Positions 13,047 to 25,498 of a stretch of 64,000 nucleotides of DNA are shown here, in pieces. Location: contig CM082583.2 in assembly GCA_040954595.2 (NCBI GenBank), forward strand, positions 2,118,925 through 2,182,924, in the 5' to 3' direction. The position numbers and the translations under genes are program-made. This DNA is from Balanoglossus misakiensis. Taxonomy: Eukaryota; Animalia; Hemichordata. The first letter of the stretch is position 1, and every line of letters starts with the position of its first letter. The notes under the pieces were generated by a model. It saw only the letters and a program-made list of their open reading frames with translations. It was not told the origin of the DNA and made no database searches.

Positions 13047-14419
13047 CAGGAACGCACAATTCTTTCAATTTCAATGAGATCATTCACGTATGGAACCTAA
13101 CGTTATAGTATAACATTCACATTTCACAGCTGATTAAAATCAGCTGAAGGGATTGGCTCCGTCTCTCCATTTACCGTGTTTTCGCTGTTCTCGTTATGTG
13201 TGGGAGATGCACCAGCAAATAAGATCTTGTATATAGACACGGAATCACAGCTGATATTCATCAGACCCATATATATATATCTTACTAACAACAATCTCAC
13301 AGTAGTGAATCCCACTCTCGATATATTCGACTGACCAATGAATTGATAATATCAACAAATTCTGATAATCAATATCGTCTTCCCCGTCACCGTCCTGTCA
13401 TATTAATCAGTAAAAAATAAATACTGGTCACACTAAAACACAAACTAATTAAAATCAGATGTAGGGAACGGCGAAGTGGTTAAGAAAACCACGTCGCCGT
13501 TCCCTACATCACATTTTAAAATGATTGACTAAAACAACACAATGAACGTTTGAAATTCAATCTAACTGACTGGTGGTGTTTGAACCAAACAACCATTTGT
13601 AAAGATTGTACGAAATTTACCGTTGTTAAACACGGAAAAGCAAGAGAATACCTTCGCACAACACAAGTTTGGAGCCGATGTGTCCGCCACTGTTGCATCC
13701 GAATAAATGACAGATTCCAGCTCTGCTGCATTTCTTGTCACAACTGTAACAAAAAGTGATCCTTGAAAAAGTGTCAATCCATGACATGTAGCTGATGTTT
13801 TCTTTCCAGTCGACGTAAATCCTAGAAACTGGGTTCCTCCTGCAAGTAATTTGGGACAGTTCGAAGTCACAAATTGCTACAGACACAAACGTACATATTT
13901 ATAACACTTAGTTTTTTAATGGCCAGTAAAGTCCAAGCTTGGCCAATTGACGCAATCAAAATATCTAAATATGACTCATATGTGCGGGGTATTAAAGACC
14001 CCCCAAATCAGTGGCGAATCTTAATGCCGTTTGACTGACAACAGACAACACCAACGATCTTGGCTCTATGAAAATCGGCCCAAACAGGTCCAAGCATAAA
14101 GAATTACACCACACAACGACAGTAGTTGGCTTTATAAACACACATAACATAAAGTTATCGACGCAAAAGTACACGAGCTTTTGAAACAACGATGATTTTG
14201 GGAGAAATCTGGTTTCAGTGCTTTTCAGAAGCGTCCCTGGGAAACAATAACACCACGCCATTCAAACGGCTGTCAATCGCGTGGAGGTGTAAAGTGTTCA
14301 ATTATTTTCTATGTACATGAGATCAATTACACAGTCATTATGCTCGACGACCACTCCCAAATAAACAACTATACAAACACACGTTAATCCGACCCCCCCC
14401 CCCGGTACTTTCCGCACCG

Positions 14420-16425
14420 GGGTTTAAGATAACGGAGATACGCGCTGGATTGCCAATCCCCTTGGAGTTTGATAAACTCCCCAGGGACCCCACTTTCAAA
14501 TGCAAAGCTTGCACCCCTACGACGGAGGCTGTGACCCCAAGTACATGTCAGCTGGAAAGCCTGCCCTCTGAACTTAAGGGACCGTTCAGTTTTTACGGCC
14601 GGGGGGGGGCGGCAAGTTTGTGTCATTGGTTTTCAAAATCAGGCCGACCCCCCTTCACCCAGGACCAAAAAATGATGACCCCCCCCCCACGCCGAAAACA
14701 TTCGCCGTCCTGATCCTATGTACACTGTATGCAATAAAGGGAATGAGGCTCCTCACACATCAATTATAAATTTCTTAAAGTATTATTGAAGCATATAATA
14801 GTATATCGTTGCAATAAAGAAATATATGAACAAATGTAAATGACAAGTCAATACGATAGTTGCTAGAATTGGTAAAACAAGAAAAGTGGCGGGGGTGGGA
14901 GGGGGTGTCCCCCTCCGACATCAGAAAATGTTGTAAAATACGGTGCTCAAAGTCGCATTTTAATGAACTCAAAAGCAAATTAACTCAATGTTAGAGAGGA
15001 CAAATCTTAATTTTGCCACTCCACCCAAACTAAGCATCGGGGTGGGGTGGCAAGAAGTCTTCCCTGGTACAGTAGACAAACCAGTGAATAAATGCAATGT
15101 GGCGAAGAATGGAGGGGGTGGGTGTGGGAGGGGGTGTTCCCCTCCCACATAAGAAAATTTTGTAAAATATGTAGCGCAAAGTTGCATTTTAATGAACTCA
15201 AAAGAAAATTATCTCAATGTTTGGGAGGACCAATTTTACTTTTTGCCACTTCACTCAAAGTTAGAAGATTTGGCGTCATCTTCGTCATGACATCATTTAT
15301 AAAACTTCTAGTATATAGAAGATGCAGCGCAAAACTATCAGTTATGCGAAATGGTTTAAAAGATTATTCTCCTTTATGTATTTACTTTGTTATATATTAT
15401 CATCGGTGGGGTTGGGGTGGCAAGCACTCTGCCCTGGTACACTAGACAAACCAGCAAAAAATGAAATGTGGTGGAGAATGAGGGGGGTGGGTTAGAAAAT
15501 TTTGTAAAAATAAAGGGCGCGAAACTGCAATTTTGTGGACTCAAATGCAAAAATTCGGTGGCAAAAGTATGTGACCCCCCCCCTAAACGTTTAAAAAAAA
15601 ACAGATGATCCCCCCCCCCCTTTTGGACTTCAAAATTTAAGTGACCCCCCCCCCCTGGATTTTGCCGCCCCCCCCCCCCCCCGGCCGTAAAAACTGAACG
15701 GTCCCTAACATTTGATACTTTTCACCAGCCCTGAATGGGTCAAGGGAACCAATTTGCCACATTTGGGAAAAACAAATGCTGGGCCATGTACTCCGGTGTA
15801 GACTTTTTTGTGTGTATTCCCTCAATGGGACCGCCGTGTCCTTGACGCGATTTTTCAATTTTACTCCTGTTCCAGCATCTGTTCTTACAGTGTGTAGATT
15901 TATCCAGTTTCTTGCAAGATCAGTATCTTCTACTGGCACCATTCAGAATTATTTGTACGCAATTCGTAGCTTGCATAGAATCCATGGCTTCACGCCATTG
16001 GCCGCTGATCAGTATGTTGTCAAATTACTTTTGAAAGGTCTTTCCCGTAGCACTTTCCAGCCAGTGATGCAGAAATTACCCATCACCCCCCAGTTGTTGC
16101 TAACAGTTTTTCGGGCTTTTAGATATGGCTGTTCCATTCGATGTTACTTTGTGGGCATGCCTTTTGATAGGGTTTTTCTCCTTTTTTTCGCAAGTCAAAT
16201 CTTGTTCCGAAGTCTGCAACCGACTTTGATCCGGCTAAGCACCTCTGTAGGGGTCATTTCCTCATAGCAGATTCTGGCCTTATAATCGGCGTGACTTGGT
16301 CAAAAACCATTCAGTTTCGCGAACGCTGTTTGACTATTCCACTTGCCCGAATTCCAGGTTCAGTGTTGTTCCCTTTACAGGCTTACAATCACATGTGTGA
16401 GATCATCCCATCACCACCTTCTACA
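14420..16425. mobile_element. Degenerate DIRS/Ngaro-type tyrosine recombinase ORF, split by an inversion and a MITE
   Basis: N-part on + (~15850-16425): FIQFLARS..TIQNYL..KLPITP..FFRKSNLVP..WSKTIQF. C-part on - (15785-15709 and 14574-14420): GPAFVF..GHSLRRRGASFAF..IKLQGDWQSSAYLRYL. The catalytic R, HxxR and Y residues are recognisable; frameshifts are present. Confidence 0.85.
14578..15705. mobile_element. PIF/Harbinger-type MITE, TIR GGGACCGTTCAGTTTTTACGGCCGGGG, TSD TAA
   Basis: TAA at 14575-14577 and 15706-15708; inserted in the YR ORF. Confidence 0.88.
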
Positions 16426-17772
16426 TATACAGACAGACAGAGACACACACACACATAGCAAGAGATCAATGGGCAAACACTGACTGACCCATAAGCTGCC
16501 AATGTAATATGTACTGTACATACACTAAATATAACAGCTGGCCTCTTTAAAACTTAGCCAGTTATGTAATCATTCAGGAATTTGCTGAGTATATAAACAA
16601 CTCAATAAAAACGGAACTGATCTGGTAGAAGGCGTTATGCGCCGTCCTTTCAACAATTCCCTATATCACGTGACCTACACCTGTTAATCCAATGAGAAGA
16701 CTGGAGAACCTGTTTATACTGCAGAAGAGAGCTTCGCGTGTCCTTTTCGAATTGTCCTATAATTTACTGTGTGCTGAATTGTTTACGTTGTTTAATACTT
16801 TCTTGCAATTTTAACAATTAACTGTGTGACATCGAGGTAATACTCCGCAATATCTTTCTGACATGTTAATCTCCCGAAGAAGAATTCACCAATATCATAT
16901 ATGTGCTGTAGAGAAAATGGATTTTGCTATTCCTAAAGTAAATATATGTACAGGTTAGAGAAGATTTAAATATCGCTCGTCACAAATCTGGAATTCTTTA
17001 CCCGGTGAATTGGGGTATCCTGCAAATATAACGACGTTGTAGATAAAATTGAAACAATGTACATGTATAAGAGAAAATGTCCCCTTGTAAAAAATGTTAT
17101 CTTTATATCGATATTCTTCTTCTGTTGTGTATTTTGAGATGAAATTAGCCTTTCATACCTAGCAGTGATTATTTTGTTCCTCATTAAAATAAACCATATA
17201 TGTCAAAAACTAAATAGTAATTATGCAGATATCATTTGGTCGGAATGAATACGTTTCTCATTGCAACGCCATTTCTAAAGGCGAAATTACAATGCCTGCC
17301 TTCGAACGCACACGAAGCATTCGGCCAATAGAGGGCGCCCTGTGCAGCATGGGAAGTTCATTGTTGGCGACGTCTTAGAACGAATAAGAATTAAAATATT
17401 TAGCAAAAGTGTCAGTGCCGCATTCCTAACAACCCTATCACGAGACACCGCCTTGATTGCCGGGGCCGGGACTTATGAATCCGTGGCACATTTCGGCCAA
17501 CCAATAAACCTCATTTAGGTAATGTAATGTAATAGAAAATAATTTTATTTTAACAGTGCATGTCACCTAAAATTCAATATTTCACCCAAAGCAGAAAGCC
17601 CATGGTATAGAAATGCTGTTGAAATTTACACAGAGCCAAATTCAACTTACTTTGAAGTTTTGAGAAAAAGTTAGAAATATATTGAGATGTGCTAATGGAA
17701 ACTTCCTTTTAAAGACAGACTTTAGGTTTGTAATGTACGGATTGTATGCACTTTTGTCCTAAAATCCCCTTA

Positions 17773-20700
17773 CACAGTCAGATCGCACGGTGCTCATTTG
17801 CATATGAAAGTTCGTCAAGCCAGCGACCGTTAATTTTCAAACAGACGGCAATAGGCCAGTTTTCAAGGTGATTTTCAACTTGATTTTTACACTCCGTGGT
17901 ACAATAAAATACCATGCTAGCTCGATAAATTTCGAAAGTGATTCCTATTTTGCACTGCAGACGTAAATTTTATGAGAATCTGTCGGTAATAGTAGTAGTT
18001 TTTAGCGTGTTTTCGGTGGTATGTTGGTGACCTCGGAAGAGACGTCCACAAACGTGCCAAAAATCATTTGAAGACGACCTCGGAAGTTAACCAAGTTTTC
18101 GTGACAGATAGGTCTAATATCGGTCCCAACATCCGTGAAAAGAAATTAACTCGAAATGCTTGTGTAACGGTCAGCTTAAAAATAATCGATGTAGTTCGAC
18201 GATATGACCCGGAAGTATAGGCCCTACGTTGACCTCTCCATGTTAGGCTTGTAAATACGGAAGTGTTGCGTTGCTCGTGAAACGACACGTTTATCGTGGG
18301 GAAAACAGTTTCTAAAAGACACTTGTCAAGTAAAAGTTACTGGATAGTGTATAACACTCTAAGGTAACATATCAGCCAAGTTTTAACTTAATTACTGGCC
18401 TGATTTCGACACAACATCGATCAATCGCACGAGTGCCGCGACCGGGTGCTCCACGCCGTTCGCCTACATTGGGCTACAAACAAATATTTGATTACCCATG
18501 CACAGAATGCCAGGTTTACCGTACGTGAGGAGCTCAGCTGACGTATTTTGTATATATATTTTTCTCCGCATCGTGGGATATAAGTAGACTTTTCGAAAAT
18601 GCCAAGTGTAACGTCGAAACCACTTCCCTTTATTCGCCGATGATATATGCAATAAATACAACATTTGTGTCTGAAGGCGAGCGATTTGTCATCATTGCAT
18701 TGGGTCGATAAATAATAATAATAGTAATTTATTTATTAAACAGTGTTCAAAATACTACTACAAAATACAGGATAAAGAGTTAAAAATACAACAAAAGACA
18801 GAATAAATTGTCAACTCAGACAGCTAAAATAAAACAGTCAACTGCAACACCACCACCACCACAAAAATCAGTCTTCATCAATCTGAAAGAACAATAAAAT
18901 TAAAAAAAGTGAGTTTCCTTGACGGGCAAACCTTCATAAAATAATTGTTAGGGTTTAGTAAAACTCGGGATTACATATCAGAAATCAAAATTTCTTCGCA
19001 CGAGAGAGGAGGGAAAACTACGCAGCTGGTAAAACCCAGGATCAAGCCTGCGCCAGCGTATATACGTACACATGCATGCTGTCTTCTCCCGCCATTTTGC
19101 AGAAGAAGTGGCGCTCACGGGTTGAAAAGTAAACAAAATGGCGCTCACAGGTTGAAAGGTAAACAAAATTGAACTGGTCATATCGTCACTATCAAAGCTT
19201 GGAAGTGAATGAAAACTCAAAGAGAGGGAGTTTGATGTCTATATTTTGATAAAAGTTTGAAATTTCGTGGTAAAATCCATGTGTAACGGTCAGCTTAAAA
19301 ATAATCGAGAGGATGTCAACGCTATGTGTTTTTTCACAGTCGTCAGAAATTTCGTGATTACAAAGAAACTACTCGACAGAAGTTGCCAAAAAATCATTCA
19401 GTAACAATCCAGTATACCTACCTTCAAGTGAATTCACGGTTTTGTCTTAAAATAATCCACATCGCCTGAAAACAGCTCTATAATATCGAGTAAAAATATA
19501 GCTGTGAACAGCAATAAGCGGGTTTCGAGACACTACTAGCCCTATTGGTTCGCCTGGAGATAGATTTGTGCATATTTAATTACTGCATTAGTTGTTCTAT
19601 CACTCCAAATGCCAAGGGTGTATGTGCTGTGGATGCTGAGATGTGGAAAAGTAGGTCAAAGGTCACGTGAGGTCACGCTTAATATGAGCAGAAAATGTTT
19701 ACGCTATACTGGTCCATGTCAAACAAAAACCAGACCTGTAGCCCTACTGGTTTGCCTGGAATTAGGTATGCACATAATTAATGAGTTAGGCAGGTGTCAC
19801 AGGTGACTCTAAAATTTGGCTTCTTATTTTGGTCCCGTCCACCCAAACACCTAAGCTGTACCTGCTCTGGATGCCGAGATATGTGAAAGTAGGTCAAAGG
19901 TCACCCAAGGACATCCAAAGTTTGGGAAAAAAAATTGTCCCCATACTGGTCCATGTCCGACAAAAACCAGACCTGTGGCCCTATTGGTTTGCCTGGAATT
20001 AGGTATGCCCATAGTTAATGAGTTAAGCAGGTGTCACAGGTGAGCCTTAAATTTGGCTTCTTATTTTGGTCCCGTCCACCCAAACACCTAAGCTGTACCT
20101 GCTCTGGATGCCGAGATATGTGAAAGTAGGTCAAAGGTCACCCAAGGACATCCAAAGTTTGGTAAAAAAATTGTCCCCATACTGGTCCATGTCCGACAAA
20201 AACCAGACCTGTAGCCCTATTGGTTTGCCTGGAATTAGGTATGCACATAGTTAATGAGTTAAGCAGGTGTCACAGGTGAGCCTTAAATTTGGCTTCTTAT
20301 TTTGGTCCCATCCACCCAAACACCTAAGCTGTACCTGCTCTGGATGCTGAGGTATGCGAAAGTAGGTCAAAGGTCACCCAAGGTCACCCAAAATTTGGGG
20401 GAAAAATTTGACCCCATACTGGTCCATGTCCGACAAAAACCAGACCTGTAGCCCTATTGGTTTGCCTGGAATTAGGTATGTACATAGTTAATGAGTTAAG
20501 CAGGTGTCACAGGTGAGCCTTAAATTTGGCTTCTTATTTTGGTCCCATCCACCCAAACACCTAAGCTGTATCTGCTCTGGATGCTGAGATATGCGAATGT
20601 AGGTCAAAGGTCACCCAAGGTCACCCAAAATGTGGGGAAAAAATTTGACCCCATACTGGTCCATGTCCGACAAAAACCAGACCTGTAGCCCTATTAGTTT

Positions 20701-23145
20701 GCCTGGAATTAGGTATGCACATAATTAATGAGTTGAGCAGGTGTCACAGGTGAGCCTTAAATTTGGCTTCTTATTTTGGTCCCATCCACCCAAACACCTG
20801 AGCTGTACCTGCTCTGGATGCTGAGATATGCGAAAGTAGGTCAAAGGTCACCCAAGGTCACCCAAAATTTGGGGGAAAAATTTGACCCCATACTGGTCCA
20901 TGTCCGACAAAAACCAGACCTGTAGCCCTATTGGTTTGCCTGGAATTAGGTATGCACATAATTAATGAGTTGAGCAGGTGTCACAGGTGAGCCTTAAATT
21001 TGGCTTCTTATTTTGGTCCTATGCTGCAGACTATTGCACCGACCAGAATTCTACAAAACTATGTGGCCATAGCTTAAGTATAGTGGAATAAGTATAGGTA
21101 TAGATTTCATAAAGAAATTAATATAAAAAAATCGGTCGATTTTCCATATTATTTTTTCCAGTTGGAACTGATTGTCGGAAGGTAGGCTAGCTGCACACAA
21201 AATTTGAAGCTGATCAGCCCAGCGGATGTTGAGATATTGGGCATAAATCTAAAATCCTAGGGGGCCATTGCTTAACCATGGAAAGTATAGGCCAATGGCT
21301 GGGTCCAATGGTCATGGAAAATATGAAAAATAATGCTTTAAAAATCATCTCCTCAAAATCGGCAAGGACTTAGACATTGAAATTTGGCATATAGGACCCT
21401 GGCCATATGGTCCACAAAGTTTCTGAACAGAATTTGGATTCTTCATTTTTTATGCAAATTAGACCAATTTAAAAGTTTAAATCCAAGATGGCTGCCAGGT
21501 CATGTGACCTGTTGCCATAGTGACATGATCAAAAAATTACTTGCTTTGAGTTTTACCTATGAGCCAAATTTCAAGTCATTGGGTGCAACGGTCTTCGAAT
21601 AGCGGCTGTTTTTAAAAGTGGGAAGAAGAATAATTAAATAAAGAATTATATAAAAATAATAATTTTAATAATAATAGGTCCGATTTCCACAAAAAATTCA
21701 CCATAGGGGTGTTTTGGCTCAAAAAGAACAAAAACGATATCCATTTAGTGATCACATGTTTCTATGGCAACCATTTCGGGGCTGAAATTATGCTTTTTGT
21801 GCTAAGAGAGGGTATCACAAGTCAATTTGAATAATAATAGCTTGGATTTGAACACAAAATCACACTGGCAGTATTTTTGGTCACAAAGAAATATTTGGGG
21901 TTTATTTTCCGAATGCACATTTATAAGTTGGTGAAATCTGACTTTTCTTTCAATACAGAGGAACTGCGCATGTGCAGAACATCTGGCAATGCAGCCTGCC
22001 GATTTCCACAGTTTCACTACAAAAAATCACAAGATACAATAGTATCGCTGGGGAATCCAATCAATCGATTGTTCATGCATATTTCCTGACTGTCGACCAG
22101 TTTTAAAACATAAATCCAATGGTATTGCATAAACGTTTACCGTCTATTTGTTGTTGTATGTTTATCGAAGGAAGGCAGTTACAGGACACACTCGTAGAAG
22201 AAGTACACTGTTTGAGTGTTGACGGCGAGTCCCTGCTAAATTTGGCAGTTTAGCGTGACTTCAACACTAAATAAACAACTAGCAGAAAAGTCTTCAAACT
22301 TCTAAATTTCTGGAAATGTTTTATTTGGTATGGTGATGAAACAATTTTCGTTTATGAAGAATCAAATCTCAGCGACGCACGATAGCTTCTGATGAATGCG
22401 AAGACCCGTCAGCGGACAAGCAAATGCAGTCAAAACATAAAATTCAACATTGAAAACGGAAACTCGTCTGAGAAAACAATAAAATACTCGAGAGATAATA
22501 ACACGAAATCCAAAGTATCGTGATAACATTTCTTCATTTCTCCGATTCTATTTGGCTGACGTGTAAACATTGCGTCCGTTTGACACTGACACAAACGTAC
22601 CATAACTCAGAGGTCAATATTTCGATTAAAAACAATGATTTTAACACCAACCTTCCTGTTCCACGATATCTGCGGTTACTATGGCGCTCAAATCTCATGA
22701 TATGTGCAATTCTAAAGCCAACTGGGGTAGTATTCCTGTCGTTTTAGCCACGAAAACTGGGCAGACGACACGACGCGAAACAGCTCCATCACACTCAGTT
22801 GACATCGCACGATTTCAGAGCGCGCGCGTACACTCGAAAAATTGCTACAATGTTGTACGTAAATAAACTTGCGTTGGGTTTAGAGTAAAGTTTTTTACCT
22901 CACCAGACTCACCGGGTAACAAGGTTTTAAATAGTGTTAACAATACCCGTGGTCTTTTTGTGAATATGTAGAAAATCTCCAACGAAAGCGTTGAAACGTC
23001 GGCAATTTTAGATATAGGCCACTTTGAAAAATGATGTCTTTAGCGCTAAATTATGAATCTGAAGAATCAGGAATGATTGTACAGAAAATCCACCCGTGCT
23101 TATTAAATTTATAAATTGTTTATATAATTCTTTAAACCCCTAAAC

Positions 23146-23188
<43 letters not shown>

Positions 23189-23346
23189 CAACACGATTCC
23201 AAGAGGGTTTCGAGACCCCTCTGGTCTCGAAACCCTAAAAATGGCCTATTTCGCGACCCGTCAGCGGGGCCCACTCTAACGGCTACATGGTTTGAAGTAC
23301 TTTCTTCATTTGCATATGTTAATGAATGCCGTGCGATCTGACTGTA
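17773..23346. mobile_element. Probable ~5.6-kb non-autonomous TIR element enclosing the satellite array
   Basis: acagtcagatcgcacgg (17774) and its reverse complement ccgtgcgatctgactgt (23329-23345); both ends carry tcatttgcatatg subterminally. TSD is ambiguous. Confidence 0.55.
19560..21019 (+). repeat. Satellite array, ~237-bp unit, ~6 copies
   Basis: Anchor ggtcc at 19831, 20068, 20304, 20541, 20778 and 21015. Confidence 0.95.
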
Positions 23347-23835
23347 CAGCTCAACAGTAAAAATGAAACTTACAAAGTAGCCAGTAAAACCACACAGAAA
23401 CACAACAAATTCACACAGACGATAAAAACATATACATTCAGGGATTAAGATTTCTGATGGCCATTGGCACAAAGTACTTGCTGAAACCCAGCTTACAACA
23501 CTTGAGACAACAATATCTATGACCTGAGGGTAACATTTCAAAGCAGGAGTACGATGGATGGTTTACATCAGCAGTGGGATCCCACGAGATTTTCTCAGTG
23601 TTGCATTATCGACAAGCTCTGTGAGAAACGGCGTGGCTCTCCCAATAATCTTAGATGCTATGTGGTTCGATGCGATTTATTCACAACAATATTGCAGACA
23701 TTCAACGACACAGTACATTATCCGGATTTCAACACGTCGCAACATATGTGATCTTGGTATGCTAAACAACTTCAACAACCAATAACAAACGTCACAAAAT
23801 GCACCTGGTGAATGACACAGTTCGATTAGCCAGCC

Positions 23836-23988
23836 AATCTGATTAAAATCTGATGTAGGGAACGGCGACGTGGTTTTCTTATGCTGTCGCCCCACACAGC
23901 ATAAGAAGTAGGCGACAGCAAAGAAAATCGTACCGCGTAAGTAATAAAAAGACGCCGCCGTACCCTACATCTAATTTTAATCAGATTG
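23836..23988. mobile_element. Palindromic MITE (ctgattaaaatctgatgtagggaacggcg); relatives at ~13447-13512 and ~57145-57208
   Basis: Inverted arms; the motif recurs at three loci in the window. Confidence 0.65.
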
Positions 23989-24281
23989 TCAACCAGCGCA
24001 TTTGTCACATGGTTAGTGAGGTGCAAGGTACCATCATTCGGAACTCAACTTTTGACGGACAAACAACATGGCTGAATTAGTGACGAGAACGACCTATTCA
24101 TGACACGGAGCAATTTCTGACAACCAAATGAAAGTGTACGTCATGACTGTGAGGATATGGACTGCATTTGCAAGATTATGGTAGCCTCATTGAAAATAGT
24201 TGACATAAAACATCGTAATAAAAACCGAGGGTGCCTTTTCTACTGGCTTGAAGTACCCATTGCGAACATCCTCTACTTTAA

Positions 24282-24365
24282 CCCTATCACCCCGAGATCC
24301 TCTTTAGTGGTCCACCCTTACCATAGAAAACAATGGGTTTGGACTGAACAATGGTGGTGAAAGGG
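24282..24365. mobile_element. 84-bp piggyBac-type MITE (TTAA|CCCT..AGGG|TTAA)
   Basis: TTAA at 24278-24281 and 24366-24369; TIR ccctatcacc/ggtgaaaggg. Confidence 0.7.
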
Positions 24366-24524
24366 TTAAATTACGTCTTCATTTCAGTACGGGGCATACT
24401 AGTTACCAGTAAGGGATTTAGTGCGCAAAAAATGCACCGGTGCAAGAATTTTAATTCGCCAGCTCTTATCATACATCAGAAAAACGACTTGTTTACAATT
24501 CACAATTTAATTTTCAAGTCTGTG

Positions 24525-25498
24525 TTAAAATGCATCGACATAAGACACAATATAGTTGTTAGAGTTGTACAGTCCGGCCTGATTAATGGCTGTGATAACC
24601 ACGTGATACTCCTTGGACGGATCAACATCATCCACTATTATCCGAGTTTCCATGGTTTCAAGCCATTTCAGCACGTCATTGCTCGAGTAGGCCGTACCAA
24701 CTGTCAGTTCATAGACAAGGCTTGAGTTGCTGACGAAAGCACCAGTCCAGTTCAAATGCAAGGTGTCATCTGACAACCACGTGACAGAAAGCTCAGGCTC
24801 TATGCATTGCAAGACACAGGGAAGAAAAGGTGACCATTGTTTCTAGAGGAGCAAACATTCTTGCAAAAACAAAACATCGTGGTTTTATTCTTTATCAAAA
24901 CTGGAGGTGGTACCCATCCAGTATTTGGGCTATACTCTCAGTATGTTTGTTTTGGAAATCAACTGTGGTTTCTTGTGTTACTCTGTCCAACGTAAAAAAA
25001 TAACAGTATCTGTTTTTACAACACACCTCTTTTGGTACAATCAGAATTGATAGTTGAAAATTCAGGACTTTAATCTCATTTGCCAAATCGGCTTTGTTGA
25101 GTTGCGAAAGACTGGTCATTTTAATAAATCTCTCCAGAGTAGAATACAAAGTCAAAGTAGAAACATAGGATAAAAATACCAATTATCGCCGCGCCAACAG
25201 TTAGAGTCAAGAAACAAGTACGACGGATTATTTAGGCTATACGTACTTCAAAATATACATGATTTTCCGAGTTAAATCTGTAGATTTCTACTCATAAAAT
25301 CACATGTATAACAATGGCATTAGACTGAAAGATTAAGTCTTGTGCGGGCGCTCCAGCGCACTGCCTTCGACCCTTTACTGAAGACTCTTTGACAGTGTGT
25401 CAGAGCGCCCGCACACGACTGTATCTTTCAGTCTACGATGGCATTGGTACCTGTTATTATTGGTGGTTCCGTTTCAATAGATAAATTGACAAAAACGC
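24525..25498 (-). pseudogene. Partial copy 2 of the FN3-like repeat gene: end of the penultimate exon plus the intact terminal exon 24799-24525
   Basis: ~25088-25498 duplicates ~9185-9598. The terminal exon reads PELSVTW..LNWTGAF..YELTVGT..YHVVITAINQAGLY..* (FN3-like) and is in phase with the upstream donor. Confidence 0.78.

Larger units (their letters stand above)
9549..13877 (-). pseudogene. Partial copy 1 of a large FN3/Ig-like repeat protein gene: exons ~13877-13652, 13394-13286, 12640-9855 (TE-interrupted), 9755-9549
   Basis: Exons have AG/GT boundaries and encode AGGTQFLGFTSTG..VTRNAAELES..ADTSAP, DGDGEDDIDYQ..W..ESGIHYCE, LDPGSAEIQDF..NHTMVN|VTGQ..FSWRGFQDIAGLSHYQ and ..VRAVNY..ETEPPIITG. 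Frameshifts occur at the starts of two exons and a transposon lies inside one exon. Confidence 0.75.

Noticed and set aside
12303-13087. HSFI/HSLT-repeat ORFs
   Set aside because: Translation of the GAAT/GAGT microsatellite; only 12640-12570 is real exon.
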